Assembly (NCBI GenBank): GCA_963681965.1
Contig: OY820579.1
Coordinates: 2,720,001-2,784,000 of the forward strand
DNA length: 64,000 nt
Source of the DNA: a bacterium
Lineage (GTDB): Bacteria > Electryoneota > JAOADG01
Reading direction: 5' to 3'
A program made the translations under genes and the position numbers. Numbering within the stretch: position 1 is the first letter of the stretch; every line of letters starts with the position of its first letter. A model generated the notes under the pieces. It ran no database searches. It saw only the letters and a list, made by a program, of their open reading frames with translations, and was not told the origin of the DNA. Shown here piece by piece: positions 28,661 through 39,618 of the stretch.

Positions 28661-31600
28661 ATGAAATTATCCGATGTATCGATCGAACGCCCGGTATTTG
28701 CCACGATGATGGTGTTAGCACTCGTCGTGCTGGGGTTGTTCTCCTACATAAAACTTAGTATCGATCAATATCCGAACGTCGATTTCCCGTTTGTTACGAT
28801 TACTACGATTCTTGCTGGGGCAGGTCCGGAACAAATGGAAACCGAAGTAACAAAGAAGGTTGAAGATGCCGCCAATACTGTGGAAGGTGTTAACCATATT
28901 ACATCTTATTCGCAGGAAGGGGTATCGATCGTCGTAATCGAATTCAAATTGGAAATCGATGGTCGTTCGGCGACACAAGATGTCCGCGATAAAGTCGCAG
29001 CGATTCGCGCTGATATGCCGGATGGTATCGAGGATCCGATCATTCAGCGATTCGACCCTGCCAGTCAACCAATTTTCTCGTTAACGGTATCGGGCAAGCG
29101 ACCGGAGAAAGAGATTACGACTTACACCCGTGACGTTATCAAGAAACGCGTCGAGAACGTTCCCGGTGTTGGTAATGTCGAAGTTGTCGGTGGTGCGGAA
29201 CGTGAAGTTAATATCGAGGTTGATGCTGTCAAATTGCAGGCGTATAAGCTATCCATTCAAGATGTCATCACGGCAATCTCGATATCCAATATGGAAGTAC
29301 CTGCGGGAAGTTTGATTCAAGGCAAGCGACAAATTCTGCTCCGAACCATCGGAAAATTCAAGAATGTCGTTGACTTTAATAAAGTCATCGTTACTTCACC
29401 GGGTGGCAAACCGGTTTATTTATCTGATGTCGCACGTGTAGTAGACGGTGTGAAGGAACGAACGAGCTTGACCCGATATAATGGGATTTCGGCAGTCAGT
29501 CTGGAAATCAAGAAGCAGTCCGGTGGTAACACGGTTGAAGTCGCCGACGCAATTCGAAAGCAGTTTGCTAAAATTCAGCAAGAGCTACCAGCCGATTTGA
29601 CGATCAGTATTGCCCGAGATAATAGTACCCGTATTCGCGATTCAGTAAACGATGTGTTATTCGACATTTTCTATGGTGGTTTTCTGGCAGTCGTAGTAGT
29701 ATTCCTGTTCCTTGCCAATATGCGAGCCACGATCATCAGTGCGATTGCGCTACCGACATCGATTATCGCAAGCTTCATCGTAATGTATGCGCTCAATTTT
29801 ACGTTGAATATGATGTCGTTGCTGGCACTTTCGCTCGCAGTCGGTCTGCTGATCGACGATGCCATCGTGGTGATCGAAAACATCTATCGTCACATGAAGA
29901 TGGGGAAGGATTCGATACAAGCGGCGAAAGATGCTACAGCCGAAATCGGTCTTGCGGTAATGGCTACGACGTTCACTATTGTCGCGGTATTTGTTCCGGT
30001 AGCATTTATTCCCGGACTGATTGGTCGTTTCTTCTTCCAATTTGGTATCACTGTTTCGGTTTCAGTTTTGGTCTCGTTATTCGTCGCATTTACCCTTACA
30101 CCGATGCTCTCGTCGCGCTGGCTGGATAAAGAAGACGAAGAGTATGATCCCAAAAAAGCCGGAATATTAAAACGCTTCCTGCACTGGTTCAATCATCAGT
30201 TCGAGGTGTTAAGCGAGCGCTACAAAGGGGCAATTCGCTGGTCGTTGACCCGTCGATTTACTGTTCTTTTTGGTGCTATCGCAGTTTTCTTTCTCAGTCT
30301 TTTCTGCATCCGATTTCTTGGAACTTCGTTCTTCCCATCTTCGGATGAAAGCGAATTCACCATGAATGTGCAATCGGCTCCGGGAAGTTCGCTCGAACAG
30401 ACCAGCGATCTGTGTCAACGGATCGAGAAACTATTGAATGAACGAAAAGAAGTTACCAGCATCCTGACAACGATTGGTGCCGGTAATGATCCTGTCACCA
30501 AGGCGTCAATTCTTGTGAAAGTCGTCAAGAAAAAGGACCGTGATAAATCGACTGAACAGATTTCAGATGAAATCCGCAAGATCGTAACCCAAGTCCCAGG
30601 CGCAACTGTAGACTTTACTACTTCGCACGGTCCTGGTGGTGCGCAGAAGATGTATGCGATGAGTATTCGCGGACCGAATATCGATACCTTGAAAATTCTC
30701 TCAGATAAGGTTGAGAAGATCGTTCGACAGACCAAGGGAACGGTTGACATTTCAAATAGTCTCACATTGTCGAAGCCGGAATATCGAATTCGTATCGATC
30801 GCGATCGAGCATCCGAACTCGGGTTGAATGTTGCGTCGATTGCTTCGAGTGTCCGAGCGATGGTCGATGGCGCAGTCGCTTCGCAGTATCAAGAAGGGGA
30901 CGAGCAGTACGACGTCCGCGTGCGATTGGCGAAGAAGGATCGAACCTGGCTTGAAGATATTCGCAATCTCGCGATCAAAGGGAACAAGGACGATGCCGCC
31001 AAGCAGAAGATCGTTGTTCCGGTCGGATATGTCGCCAGTGTCGATCAAGCTGTTGGTCCATCGAAGATCGACCGGTACGACCGTCAGCGGGAAATCCGCG
31101 TAGAAGCGAACCTGCTGGGACGTCAGTTGGGTGAAGTCATGGCGGACGTTCAGAAGGAAACCGCCAAAATACAGTTACCGGTTGGCTACACAATGGGTGT
31201 GGTCGGTATGGGAGAGATGCAGAAGGAATCGTTCAGTAATATTCTTCTCTCGCTCTTCCTTGCGATCATCTTTGTCTACATTGTGCTGGCGGCACAGTTC
31301 GAGAGTTTCACTTATCCCTTCGCAATCATGTTCGCGTTGCCGATGTCATTAATTGGTGCCGTGATTGCGTTAATCATCTTCCACAGTGCCTTGTCGGTGA
31401 TGTCGTTGATTGGCATTATCATGCTCATGGGTTTGGTGACCAAGAATGGTATTCTTTTAGTCGACTACACGAATACTTTACGTGGACATGGACATTCGCG
31501 AACCGAAGCGCTGATACAGGCTGGAGCCACACGATTACGCCCGATCCTGATGACAACCTTTGCCATGATTTTCGGTATGGTTCCGGTTGCGTTTGCCATG

Positions 31601-31762
31601 GGGGAAGGGAGCGAATTTCGCTCGCCGATGGGGCAGGCTGTCATCGGTGGGTTGATCACCTCGACCTTCCTGACGCTGTTCATCGTTCCGGTCGTTTACT
31701 CTTTGATCGACGATTTCACCTGGAAAAAACTGTTCCGAAAATTACATCTCGTTAAGAGTTAG
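28661..31762 (+). CDS. AcrB/AcrD/AcrF (HAE1) RND permease
   Basis: [31 protein letters not shown]-like [24 protein letters not shown]. Confidence 0.95.
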   Translation: MKLSDVSIERPVFATMMVLALVVLGLFSYIKLSIDQYPNVDFPFVTITTILAGAGPEQMETEVTKKVEDAANTVEGVNHITSYSQEGVSIVVIEFKLEIDGRSATQDVRDKVAAIRADMPDGIEDPIIQRFDPASQPIFSLTVSGKRPEKEITTYTRDVIKKRVENVPGVGNVEVVGGAEREVNIEVDAVKLQAYKLSIQDVITAISISNMEVPAGSLIQGKRQILLRTIGKFKNVVDFNKVIVTSPGGKPVYLSDVARVVDGVKERTSLTRYNGISAVSLEIKKQSGGNTVEVADAIRKQFAKIQQELPADLTISIARDNSTRIRDSVNDVLFDIFYGGFLAVVVVFLFLANMRATIISAIALPTSIIASFIVMYALNFTLNMMSLLALSLAVGLLIDDAIVVIENIYRHMKMGKDSIQAAKDATAEIGLAVMATTFTIVAVFVPVAFIPGLIGRFFFQFGITVSVSVLVSLFVAFTLTPMLSSRWLDKEDEEYDPKKAGILKRFLHWFNHQFEVLSERYKGAIRWSLTRRFTVLFGAIAVFFLSLFCIRFLGTSFFPSSDESEFTMNVQSAPGSSLEQTSDLCQRIEKLLNERKEVTSILTTIGAGNDPVTKASILVKVVKKKDRDKSTEQISDEIRKIVTQVPGATVDFTTSHGPGGAQKMYAMSIRGPNIDTLKILSDKVEKIVRQTKGTVDISNSLTLSKPEYRIRIDRDRASELGLNVASIASSVRAMVDGAVASQYQEGDEQYDVRVRLAKKDRTWLEDIRNLAIKGNKDDAAKQKIVVPVGYVASVDQAVGPSKIDRYDRQREIRVEANLLGRQLGEVMADVQKETAKIQLPVGYTMGVVGMGEMQKESFSNILLSLFLAIIFVYIVLAAQFESFTYPFAIMFALPMSLIGAVIALIIFHSALSVMSLIGIIMLMGLVTKNGILLVDYTNTLRGHGHSRTEALIQAGATRLRPILMTTFAMIFGMVPVAFAMGEGSEFRSPMGQAVIGGLITSTFLTLFIVPVVYSLIDDFTWKKLFRKLHLVKS

Positions 31763-31793
31763 GATATAGCCAGATTGAGTGGAAAATTATGAG

Positions 31794-31829
31794 AAAACGG
31801 GCGGTAGTGAGGGCTATCGTCCGTTTTTT
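31794..31829 (+). terminator. rho-independent terminator after the RND gene
   Basis: aaaacgggcggtag...ctatcgtccgtttttt. Confidence 0.75.
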
Positions 31830-31937
31830 GTTACTATTAGTTCTTCGTTTACAATAACTTCAAATAATATTGGAAATTGGTATTGTCATTTGATCATAAT
31901 AAACATCAATTGATATTTTATGATTAAAGGAGAGAAT

Positions 31938-32126
31938 ATGATGACACGATTTTTAATCGCTTGCGGATTTATTCTTCTGGCATACTTGATTTTAGCAGGG
32001 GTATTGTTTGCAGGGGATAAGCTTTTTAATGTGTGTGGCGGAGTGGATGATGGGATCCCGGATTCGCTTCTGTTTAAAGATTCGTTAATCCAACCATCAT
32101 GGAGAGGGTTTTATCTATTCTCATAA
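31938..32126 (+). CDS. small putative membrane protein
   Basis: AAGGAG RBS and one N-terminal hydrophobic helix. No recognisable family. Confidence 0.4.
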   Translation: MMTRFLIACGFILLAYLILAGVLFAGDKLFNVCGGVDDGIPDSLLFKDSLIQPSWRGFYLFS

Positions 32127-32228
32127 GTAATCTTCAGATAATATCTTGAGATTCACCGCATCATTAATCTATAACATTAAGAAATTATATTTAATTCTAA
32201 TTGTAATCACTAAATACAACGTAGAATA

Positions 32229-32291
32229 TTGACTTTCCTTTCGTATGGAACTATTTTGTCCTTGATTGACGGCATTTGTCCGGGTTTGTCG
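32229..32291 (+). promoter_or_regulatory. sigma70-like promoter of the Ehr operon, overlapped by four 10-bp-phased TTG(T/A)C(C/G) direct repeats
   Basis: TTGACT-N17-TATTTT (32229-32257). Repeats at 32256, 32266, 32276 and 32286. Confidence 0.65.
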
Positions 32292-32305
32292 GTTGGAGTT
32301 GATTC

Positions 32306-33025
32306 GTGAAACTAACTGTAGAAAATGTAACTCAACTTTTTGGGGTGTCCGAAAAGACGATTTATCGCTGGATCAAATCCAATGCACTTCCTGCTTACCG
32401 AATCAACAACCAATACCGATTCAACTATACCGAATTGATTGAATGGGCTTCAACCCACCGAATTAACGTTTCCCAACCGCAAGTTTCGGGTGATCTTACT
32501 CCAGCTCCAGAGCAGTTGCAGAGCTTCGGTGAAGCGTTAGCGGCTGGTGGAATCCATTACCGGATCAGTGGTCACGATAAACCATCGGTGATGACTGAAG
32601 TTGTAAAACTACTCCAATTGCCAGACCGGATTGATCGAACGGTTCTGCTGCAAATCTTGATGGCTCGCGAGGAATTGGGCTCTACTGCGATCGGTGACGG
32701 GATCGCTATACCGCACGCTCGCAATCCGATCGTATTGAATGTAACACAACCCTATGTTGCACTGTTTTTCCTCGAACAACCGATTGAATTCGATGCGATG
32801 GACGGTGGTTTGGTTCATGCGTTGTTTACCATGATTACTCCGACAATAAAGTCTCACCTACGATTTCTGTCACAATTGGCATTCTTTTTACGCGATCCCG
32901 CATTTCACGATGCCATTATCCAACATGCTTCTAAAAGTAAAATATTGGAAGAGACCCATCGGGTGGAGGCTTTGCTGAATAGTCAGAATGCGAGTTCCAC
33001 CCAACAGCAAAAGTCGGTTTCGTAA
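32306..33025 (+). CDS. excisionase/BldC-like HTH (HTH_17) fused to a PTS EIIA (Ntr/Fru-type) domain
   Basis: LTVENV..LFGVSEKTIYRWI....LPAYRINNQYRF. REELGSTAIGDGIAIPHAR with the phospho-His. F.A.DG..V..LF....P....HL..L..LA. Confidence 0.92.
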   Translation: MKLTVENVTQLFGVSEKTIYRWIKSNALPAYRINNQYRFNYTELIEWASTHRINVSQPQVSGDLTPAPEQLQSFGEALAAGGIHYRISGHDKPSVMTEVVKLLQLPDRIDRTVLLQILMAREELGSTAIGDGIAIPHARNPIVLNVTQPYVALFFLEQPIEFDAMDGGLVHALFTMITPTIKSHLRFLSQLAFFLRDPAFHDAIIQHASKSKILEETHRVEALLNSQNASSTQQQKSVS

Positions 33026-35016
33026 TGACCTTGATATTGACAGGAATTACGTTCTTTTTGGTGGGAGGTTTCGGTGCGTTTCTATCGAGAAATCGACCGA
33101 TTGCCGCAACTAGACTTGGTGTCGGTGGTGTCGTCGTGGGATCAATTCTTGGACTGATTGGGACACTACCAGTTCTGTTTTCGGCATCACCAGTCGAAGC
33201 GATTCGTCTCCCTTGGTCAATTCCATTCGGTACATTCTATTTGGAGATCGACGCACTTTCGGCGTTTTTCCTCATTCCGATTTATCTCCTTTCTGCTCTA
33301 AGTGCGATTTACGGTTCTGCATATCTCGAAAAAAACATTTACCAAAATAGATTGGGCAGTCACTGGGCTTTCTTCTCGATACTCATAGCGAGTATGGTGC
33401 TTGTTGTGATTGCGCGCAACGGTATGTTGTTTCTCATCGCATGGGAAGCTATGGCGCTCGCATCTTTCTTTCTGGTCATGTTGGATCGCGAACGCGAGTC
33501 AGTGCAGCGCGCCGGTTGGATCTACCTAGTTTCAACGCATATCGGAACGGTCTTTCTCTATTTTTTCTTTGTCCTGATTGGAGATCGAACCGGTTCACTC
33601 GATTTCGATGTAATTGCTTCATCAGGCGCACAAATCTATCCACAGGCAACGCTATTTTTTATCCTCGCGCTAATTGGTTTTGGCGCGAAAGCAGGTATCG
33701 TACCCCTTCACATTTGGTTGCCGGAAGCACATCCAGCGGCTCCCAGTCATGTTTCGGCAGTGATGTCGGGCATCATGATCAAAACTGGAATTTACGGCAT
33801 TATCCGGACGTTATCGTGGTTTGGAACACCGCCCTTAGGTTGGGCAGTAGCATTGATCCTGATCGGTTGTGTTTCGGGTGTATTAGGTGTTTTACTGGCA
33901 TTAGCTCAACACGATTTGAAACGACTATTGGCATATCATAGTGTTGAAAATATTGGAATTATCTTTTTGGGCTTGGGTATTGGGGTACTGGGACAATCGA
34001 CTGGTTTACCGATGCTGATTGTACTGGGTTACGGTGGTGCCTTGTTACATACTTTAAATCATGCACTCTTTAAAGGTTTGCTTTTTTTGGGTGCGGGAAG
34101 CGTGCTACACGGTTCTCATACACTCGATATCGAACACACTGGTGGACTGTTGAAGCGAATGCCGTGGACGGGTATGGCATTTTTGATCGGTGCGGTCGCG
34201 ATTTGCGGATTGCCACCTTTGAATGGATTTATTAGTGAATTCATGATTTATTCCGGAGCGTTTCAAGGTATTTTTTCATTGAATTCACTGTATGCAATTC
34301 CAGTGCTGCTTACTATCGTGGCGCTAGCACTGATCGGTGGCTTGGCTGCGCTATGTTTTACGAAAGCGTTTGGAATTGTTTTCTTAGGGCATCCACGCTC
34401 CCAGCAGGCGTCTGATGCACACGAAGTCAGTGCCGCAATGCGTTGGACGATGGTTGTCCTCGCTACGTTGTGTTTAGTAATCGGGTTAAGCGCACCATTG
34501 ATGATGCGATTGCTGGAACCGGTTCTGGCGCAAATGATCGGTGTGATGCCTGAAACGTTTCTTCAACTCGATTCCAATTTCATACCACCACTTCAGTTTA
34601 TTGTTGGAACCTCATTGCTATTGATCGCATTGGTCGCTGTTTTGTACTGGTTGATTCACCGGAAACAATCCAATATAACTGTTACAACTGCGGTGACGTG
34701 GGATTGTGGATATGCGAAACCGGAACCGCAAATGCAGTATACAGCCTCTTCTTTCGCACAACCATTGATCGATTTGATCGCGAAATCAATCCGACTTAAA
34801 GCCGATCTTCGAAAACCGATTGGATATTTTCCAGTCGAGGGGGGATACACTTCTGAAATTCCCGATCTTGCCGAGACACAATTCTGGACTCCGATTTTCA
34901 AGGGAATCGAATGGGTTATGTTACGATTTCGCTGGATCCAGACCGGTAGTATCCATTTATACATTCTCTATATCACAATCACGTTGATTGTTTTGCTCAT
35001 CTGGAAGCTTGGGTGA
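33025..35016 (+). CDS. hyfB: HyfB/NuoL-like antiporter-type membrane subunit
   Basis: FLIAWE.M, GFGAKAGIVPLHIWLPEAHPAAPSHVSA, DLKRLLAYHSVENIG, NHALFK, GLPPLNGF.SE, TWDCGY...MQYT. Confidence 0.88.
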   Translation: MTLILTGITFFLVGGFGAFLSRNRPIAATRLGVGGVVVGSILGLIGTLPVLFSASPVEAIRLPWSIPFGTFYLEIDALSAFFLIPIYLLSALSAIYGSAYLEKNIYQNRLGSHWAFFSILIASMVLVVIARNGMLFLIAWEAMALASFFLVMLDRERESVQRAGWIYLVSTHIGTVFLYFFFVLIGDRTGSLDFDVIASSGAQIYPQATLFFILALIGFGAKAGIVPLHIWLPEAHPAAPSHVSAVMSGIMIKTGIYGIIRTLSWFGTPPLGWAVALILIGCVSGVLGVLLALAQHDLKRLLAYHSVENIGIIFLGLGIGVLGQSTGLPMLIVLGYGGALLHTLNHALFKGLLFLGAGSVLHGSHTLDIEHTGGLLKRMPWTGMAFLIGAVAICGLPPLNGFISEFMIYSGAFQGIFSLNSLYAIPVLLTIVALALIGGLAALCFTKAFGIVFLGHPRSQQASDAHEVSAAMRWTMVVLATLCLVIGLSAPLMMRLLEPVLAQMIGVMPETFLQLDSNFIPPLQFIVGTSLLLIALVAVLYWLIHRKQSNITVTTAVTWDCGYAKPEPQMQYTASSFAQPLIDLIAKSIRLKADLRKPIGYFPVEGGYTSEIPDLAETQFWTPIFKGIEWVMLRFRWIQTGSIHLYILYITITLIVLLIWKLG

Positions 35017-35020
35017 TCCG

Positions 35021-35935
35021 ATGGTAAACCCATACGCATTCATTTTACTATTACTGGCGATCATATTGGCTCCGCTACTGCTAGGAATTATCAACCGCAC
35101 CAAAGCGATCTGTGCTGGGAGAACCGGGCAACCATTGGTTCAAGTATACTACGATGTAGTGAAGCTACTTCGAAAAGAATCGGTGTATAGTCAGACGACA
35201 ACTTGGATTTTCCGGATATCACCGGTGTTGTCGTTTGCCGGGCTTCTTCTGGCGCTATCAATGATTCCCTGGGGTGGATTACCGGCAATCGTCTCATTTC
35301 CCGGCGATTTCATCGTTGTATTCTATCTATTAGGCATCGGACGTTTTTTTACGATCCTGGCGGCACTCGATACTGGATCGAGTTTCGAAGGGATGGGTGC
35401 TAGTCGCGAAGCCTTCTTTTCGGCGTTGACCGAACCGATCTTGTTTTCGGTGATGATCACACTGGCGAGATTAACCGGTGAAATGTCGCTTTCGCATATC
35501 TTCCAACACATCAATGGTGGACTGTGGTTGTCTTCCGGTGCTGCTCTTATCCTGCTCGTGGTAATTTTATTCGTACTGCTGTTGACAGAAAACTCGCGCA
35601 TTCCAGTCGACGATCCGAATACCCATCTCGAGTTAACGATGATCCACGAAGTAATGGTTCTTGACCATAGTGGTCCCGATTTTGGTTTAATACTGGCAAG
35701 CTCAGCCTGTAAACTATGGCTATTCGCTGCGTTATTAGCCGGTATTTTTATTCCCATTCGATCCGGAAATCTCTGGATCGATGGATTGCTGTTTCTGTTG
35801 GGAGTAATGATTACCGGTGTTGTGGTTGGATTAATCGAATCTTCGATGGCACGCCTTCGATTATTACTCGTTCCAAGAATGTTGGTTGGAGCATCGGCGA
35901 TTGCCGCAATTTGTATTTTCCTGACGTTGAAGTGA
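35021..35935 (+). CDS. hyfC: HyfC/HycD (NuoH-like) membrane subunit
   Basis: GR.GQP..Q.YYD..KL, LDTGSSFEGMGASRE, ENSRIPVDDPNTHLELTMIHE. Confidence 0.88.
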   Translation: MVNPYAFILLLLAIILAPLLLGIINRTKAICAGRTGQPLVQVYYDVVKLLRKESVYSQTTTWIFRISPVLSFAGLLLALSMIPWGGLPAIVSFPGDFIVVFYLLGIGRFFTILAALDTGSSFEGMGASREAFFSALTEPILFSVMITLARLTGEMSLSHIFQHINGGLWLSSGAALILLVVILFVLLLTENSRIPVDDPNTHLELTMIHEVMVLDHSGPDFGLILASSACKLWLFAALLAGIFIPIRSGNLWIDGLLFLLGVMITGVVVGLIESSMARLRLLLVPRMLVGASAIAAICIFLTLK

Positions 35936-35950
35936 GCTGAGGAAACTCGT

Positions 35951-36586
35951 GTGATAGACTTACTTTACATCTTACTCATTTTAACCGGCTTTGTGTTTCT
36001 GGGTTCGGGAAGGATGCAATTTAGTATCCGAACTTTGGCACTTCAGGGTATCATTCTCGGTCTCATTCCATTGATGGGGAGCTGGCAAGGTCTGTGGGGT
36101 AGAATACTCTCAATTGCCTCGCTAAGTCTAGTAATCAAAGGATTTGTATTACCATTTTATCTCACGCGTGCAATGCAGAAATCGAAAGTTCTGCAAGAAG
36201 ATCAACCTTTTGTAGGATTTACTGCTTCGATTTTTATCGGCATTGTCTGTCTCGGCGCTTCGTTTTGGCTCTCTACCCGGTTACCACTCATTACTGGCTC
36301 GCAATCCCAGATGGCTGTTGCAGTGTCGTTATTTAATGTTTTTGTTGGATTGTATGTGATCATCAGTCGCCGCAAAGCATTATCGCAAGTACTTGGATAT
36401 TTAGTGCTTGAAAACGGTGTTTACATTTTTGGTGCGGCATTTGCGATCGATGTGCCCTTACTTGTGGAATTGGGTGTATTGCTAGACGTTTTTGTTGCTG
36501 TTTTCGTTATGGGGATTGTGATTTTCCATATTAGTAAATCGTTCGATCATATCGACACAGATCAACTCTCGTCGCTCGTGGGATAG
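35951..36586 (+). CDS. hyfE: HyfE-like membrane subunit
   Basis: ALQG, IKGFVLP, RRKALSQVLGYLVLENG, VELG.LLD. Confidence 0.85.
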   Translation: MIDLLYILLILTGFVFLGSGRMQFSIRTLALQGIILGLIPLMGSWQGLWGRILSIASLSLVIKGFVLPFYLTRAMQKSKVLQEDQPFVGFTASIFIGIVCLGASFWLSTRLPLITGSQSQMAVAVSLFNVFVGLYVIISRRKALSQVLGYLVLENGVYIFGAAFAIDVPLLVELGVLLDVFVAVFVMGIVIFHISKSFDHIDTDQLSSLVG

Positions 36587-36598
36587 GATTGAACTAAA

Positions 36599-38098
36599 AT
36601 GACTACTCTAATTCTGCCTGCTTTAATATTGATACCGCTCTTATCCGGAATCGCCACATTGATGATCCGTTCGGACATTATCCGTCGTATTCTTCTGATC
36701 GCGACGGCTGCGATCCACTTGCTACTTACTTTCGCGTCGTATTACGCCGCACCGGCATTAGGCGAGTGGTTGGTGTTGGATGCCTTGGGCAACTTGTTTT
36801 TATTAATATCCAGCGGTCTATTTTTAATTGCCTGTATCTACGGTGTCGGTTATCTAGCGCGTGAAAAACTGGATGAGCATCGATTGCATATCGATTTCGA
36901 TGATTCTGAATCGAACTCACTGTTCGAAAATAATCCTGAATCATTGCTTACTGGCTGTTTATTATTCTTTCTGGCGGCGATGTCATTAGTCTGCGTAAGT
37001 AATCATCTGGGCTTGCTTTGGGTTGCCATAGAAGCAACAACTCTTGCTAGTGCACCGTTAATCTTTTTTCACAAGCATCGAAAATCACTCGAAGCGACTT
37101 GGAAGTATTTACTGATCTGTTCGATCGGAATTGCGTTGGCATTATTCGGGAATTTTTTATTGGCGGTATCGACGGCTCCGACTCAGAATGGAGAATTACC
37201 GCTACTACTCACGCAACTGTTACCGAAAGCGACTCAATTTCAACCACTTTGGCTGAAAGCAGCTTTCATATTTTTGCTGGTAGGGTATGGTACAAAAATG
37301 GGGTTAGCCCCATTACACACATGGTTACCTGACGCCCACAGCGAATCACCTAGTTTTGTTTCGGCACTATTATCCGGTGCTTTGCTGAATTGTGCGTTTC
37401 TGGGAATTTTACGGGCACAGCAGATCCTTGTTGCTGCTAATCTTGCTGTATTCGGGCAGGAGTTATTGATCGGATTTGGATTACTATCGATGGCATTTGC
37501 TACTACGTTTATTCTTCGTCAAATGGATTTTAAGCGAATGTTGGCATATTCCAGCGTTGAGCACATGGGCATTCTTGCTTTAGGAATCGGATTAGGCGGA
37601 ACGGCAGTATTCGGCTCGTTACTTCACACCGTAAATCACTCGATCACAAAGGGAATGTTATTTCTCGTCGCAGGAAATATTTTGACGGTTATGCACAGCA
37701 AATCGACCATCAAAGTACGAGGATTATTGCAACGTTTACCCGTGTCATCGGTACTGTGGCTTGCGGGTTTTCTATCGATAACTGGATCGCCCCCATTCGG
37801 AACTTTTATCAGTGAATTCACAATTTTCAAGGCTGCGATCGAGCAGGGACATTTCTGGATTGCGATTGGATTCATCGGTATTCTAGCGACCATCTTTGTA
37901 GTGATGGCATCGATCGTTTTAAAAATGTGTTTCAGTACACCGCGACCCATCGATCAGGGAACTGACCACGAATCATGGACGATGATTCTACCTCCGTTAT
38001 TTCTTGGAATTCTTTCGCTAATTCTCGGTCTGTATTTACCCCCGTTTCTTAAGGATCTCTTAAATGAAGCGGCACATCTGCTCGGAGGTGGCTTGTGA
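36599..38098 (+). CDS. hyfF: HyfF (NuoM/N-like) antiporter-type subunit
   Basis: LWVAIEATTLASAPL, SLEATWKY, GYGTKMGLAPLHTWLPDAHSE.P, KRMLAYSSVEH, PPFG.F.SE. Confidence 0.88.
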   Translation: MTTLILPALILIPLLSGIATLMIRSDIIRRILLIATAAIHLLLTFASYYAAPALGEWLVLDALGNLFLLISSGLFLIACIYGVGYLAREKLDEHRLHIDFDDSESNSLFENNPESLLTGCLLFFLAAMSLVCVSNHLGLLWVAIEATTLASAPLIFFHKHRKSLEATWKYLLICSIGIALALFGNFLLAVSTAPTQNGELPLLLTQLLPKATQFQPLWLKAAFIFLLVGYGTKMGLAPLHTWLPDAHSESPSFVSALLSGALLNCAFLGILRAQQILVAANLAVFGQELLIGFGLLSMAFATTFILRQMDFKRMLAYSSVEHMGILALGIGLGGTAVFGSLLHTVNHSITKGMLFLVAGNILTVMHSKSTIKVRGLLQRLPVSSVLWLAGFLSITGSPPFGTFISEFTIFKAAIEQGHFWIAIGFIGILATIFVVMASIVLKMCFSTPRPIDQGTDHESWTMILPPLFLGILSLILGLYLPPFLKDLLNEAAHLLGGGL

Positions 38099-39618
38099 GT
38101 CAATCCGGGTATATCAACGTGGGTAATGGCGAACCGGTTAATCAAGCAGAAATACCTAATCTGCCATTCGCTGCATTCCGGGAACAGTTATTCCAATGCT
38201 TAGAAGATGGTGCATGGATCGCCGCACTTTATGCAACTCAAGAAGCATCGACAAAGCTCCGAACATATGCGGTGCTGGCCCATCCTCCTACCGGAAATTT
38301 GCGGATCTTCTCTGCACACCTCCTAGATGAATTCGAATCGATGACGCCTGATTGTCCGCAAGTGCAGTTATTCGAACGCGAAATGGCTGAACAATGGGGT
38401 GTTAAACCGATAGGGCACCCATGGTTAAAACCGGTTCGGTTTCATCATTCGTATCGGTTAGATCGCGATTGTTGGGATCGCACTTCTTCCACAGAGATTC
38501 TTCCGTGTGTTGGCGAATATTTTCGGATGCAAGGTGAAGAACTCCATGAAGTGGCTGTCGGTCCAGTGCATGCGGGAATTATCGAACCGGGACATTTCCG
38601 CTTCCAGTGTCATGGCGAAGATGTCTATCATTTAGAAATTGCACTCGGATATCAGCATCGCGGAATCGAGCGAGCTTTAATCGGTGGACCCAATACTCGA
38701 ACTCAACATCTTATGGAAACGGCTGCCGGCGACACTTCGATCGGTCACTCATTTGCGTATTGTCAAATCCTCGAAGCACTTGCACATGCGAATGTGCCAG
38801 CCCGGGCATCGTCGTTACGCGGAATTTGTTTAGAGCTGGAACGGCTTGCGAATCATACTGGAGATTTGGGTGCATTAGCCGGAGATGTCGGTTTTCTTCC
38901 TACTGCATCGTTCTGCGGTCGGTTACGTGGCGATTTTCTGAATTTGACTGCGTTGTTGTGTGGTAATCGATTTGGTCGATCGATGTTGTGTCCCGGTGGA
39001 GTTCGATTTGATATGGATACCGATCGGATTTCAAAATTTGATGAGATCTTAGATAAATCCTATTCTGAATTAACCGACACAGTTAATCTTTTGTGGCAAT
39101 CGGCATCGGTGATGGATCGATTCGAGGAAACTAGGCGCGTATCAACTGAAGATGCATTAGCTTTGGGATTGGTCGGACCGGCAGCTCGAGCCTCCGATCT
39201 CGAGGGAGATATTCGAACCGATTTTCCGACAGGTATTTATCGGTTCTCTAATATTCCAACTGCGACTTGGCACACCGGGGATGTCTTGGGAAGAGCTTTC
39301 GTAAGGTGGATCGAGATACAACGATCGGTTTCATTTATTCGCGATCAAGTAAAATCGCTTCCCGAGTCGCCAATCCGAATTCCACTTGCTCCCATCGAAG
39401 CGAGCAATCTGGTAGTATCGCTGGTAGAAGGTTGGCGTGGCGCAATTTGTCACTGTGCAATTACCGATAGCAAAGGTGCTATTAGTCATTATAAAGTGGT
39501 TGATCCATCCTTTCATAATTGGACCGGGTTAGCATTCGCGATGCGCGATCAACAGATTTCCGACTTTCCGCTCTGTAATAAGAGTTTCAATCTATCCTAT
39601 TGCGGGTATGACTTATGA
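38095..39618 (+). CDS. HycE/HyfG-like (NuoC+NuoD) large subunit lacking NiFe ligands (EhrL type)
   Basis: FERE, VAVGPVHAGIIEPGHFRF, YQHRGIE, LELERLANH, EGWRG, DPSF.NW. The L1 region reads ETAAGDTSIGH and the C-terminus DFPLCNKSFNLSYCGYDL, with no CxxC pairs. Confidence 0.9.
   Translation: MSQSGYINVGNGEPVNQAEIPNLPFAAFREQLFQCLEDGAWIAALYATQEASTKLRTYAVLAHPPTGNLRIFSAHLLDEFESMTPDCPQVQLFEREMAEQWGVKPIGHPWLKPVRFHHSYRLDRDCWDRTSSTEILPCVGEYFRMQGEELHEVAVGPVHAGIIEPGHFRFQCHGEDVYHLEIALGYQHRGIERALIGGPNTRTQHLMETAAGDTSIGHSFAYCQILEALAHANVPARASSLRGICLELERLANHTGDLGALAGDVGFLPTASFCGRLRGDFLNLTALLCGNRFGRSMLCPGGVRFDMDTDRISKFDEILDKSYSELTDTVNLLWQSASVMDRFEETRRVSTEDALALGLVGPAARASDLEGDIRTDFPTGIYRFSNIPTATWHTGDVLGRAFVRWIEIQRSVSFIRDQVKSLPESPIRIPLAPIEASNLVVSLVEGWRGAICHCAITDSKGAISHYKVVDPSFHNWTGLAFAMRDQQISDFPLCNKSFNLSYCGYDL

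Noticed and set aside
38095-39618. [NiFe]-hydrogenase / formate hydrogenlyase large subunit
   Set aside because: Both CxxC Ni-binding motifs and the maturation tail are missing, so it is called Ehr-type instead.
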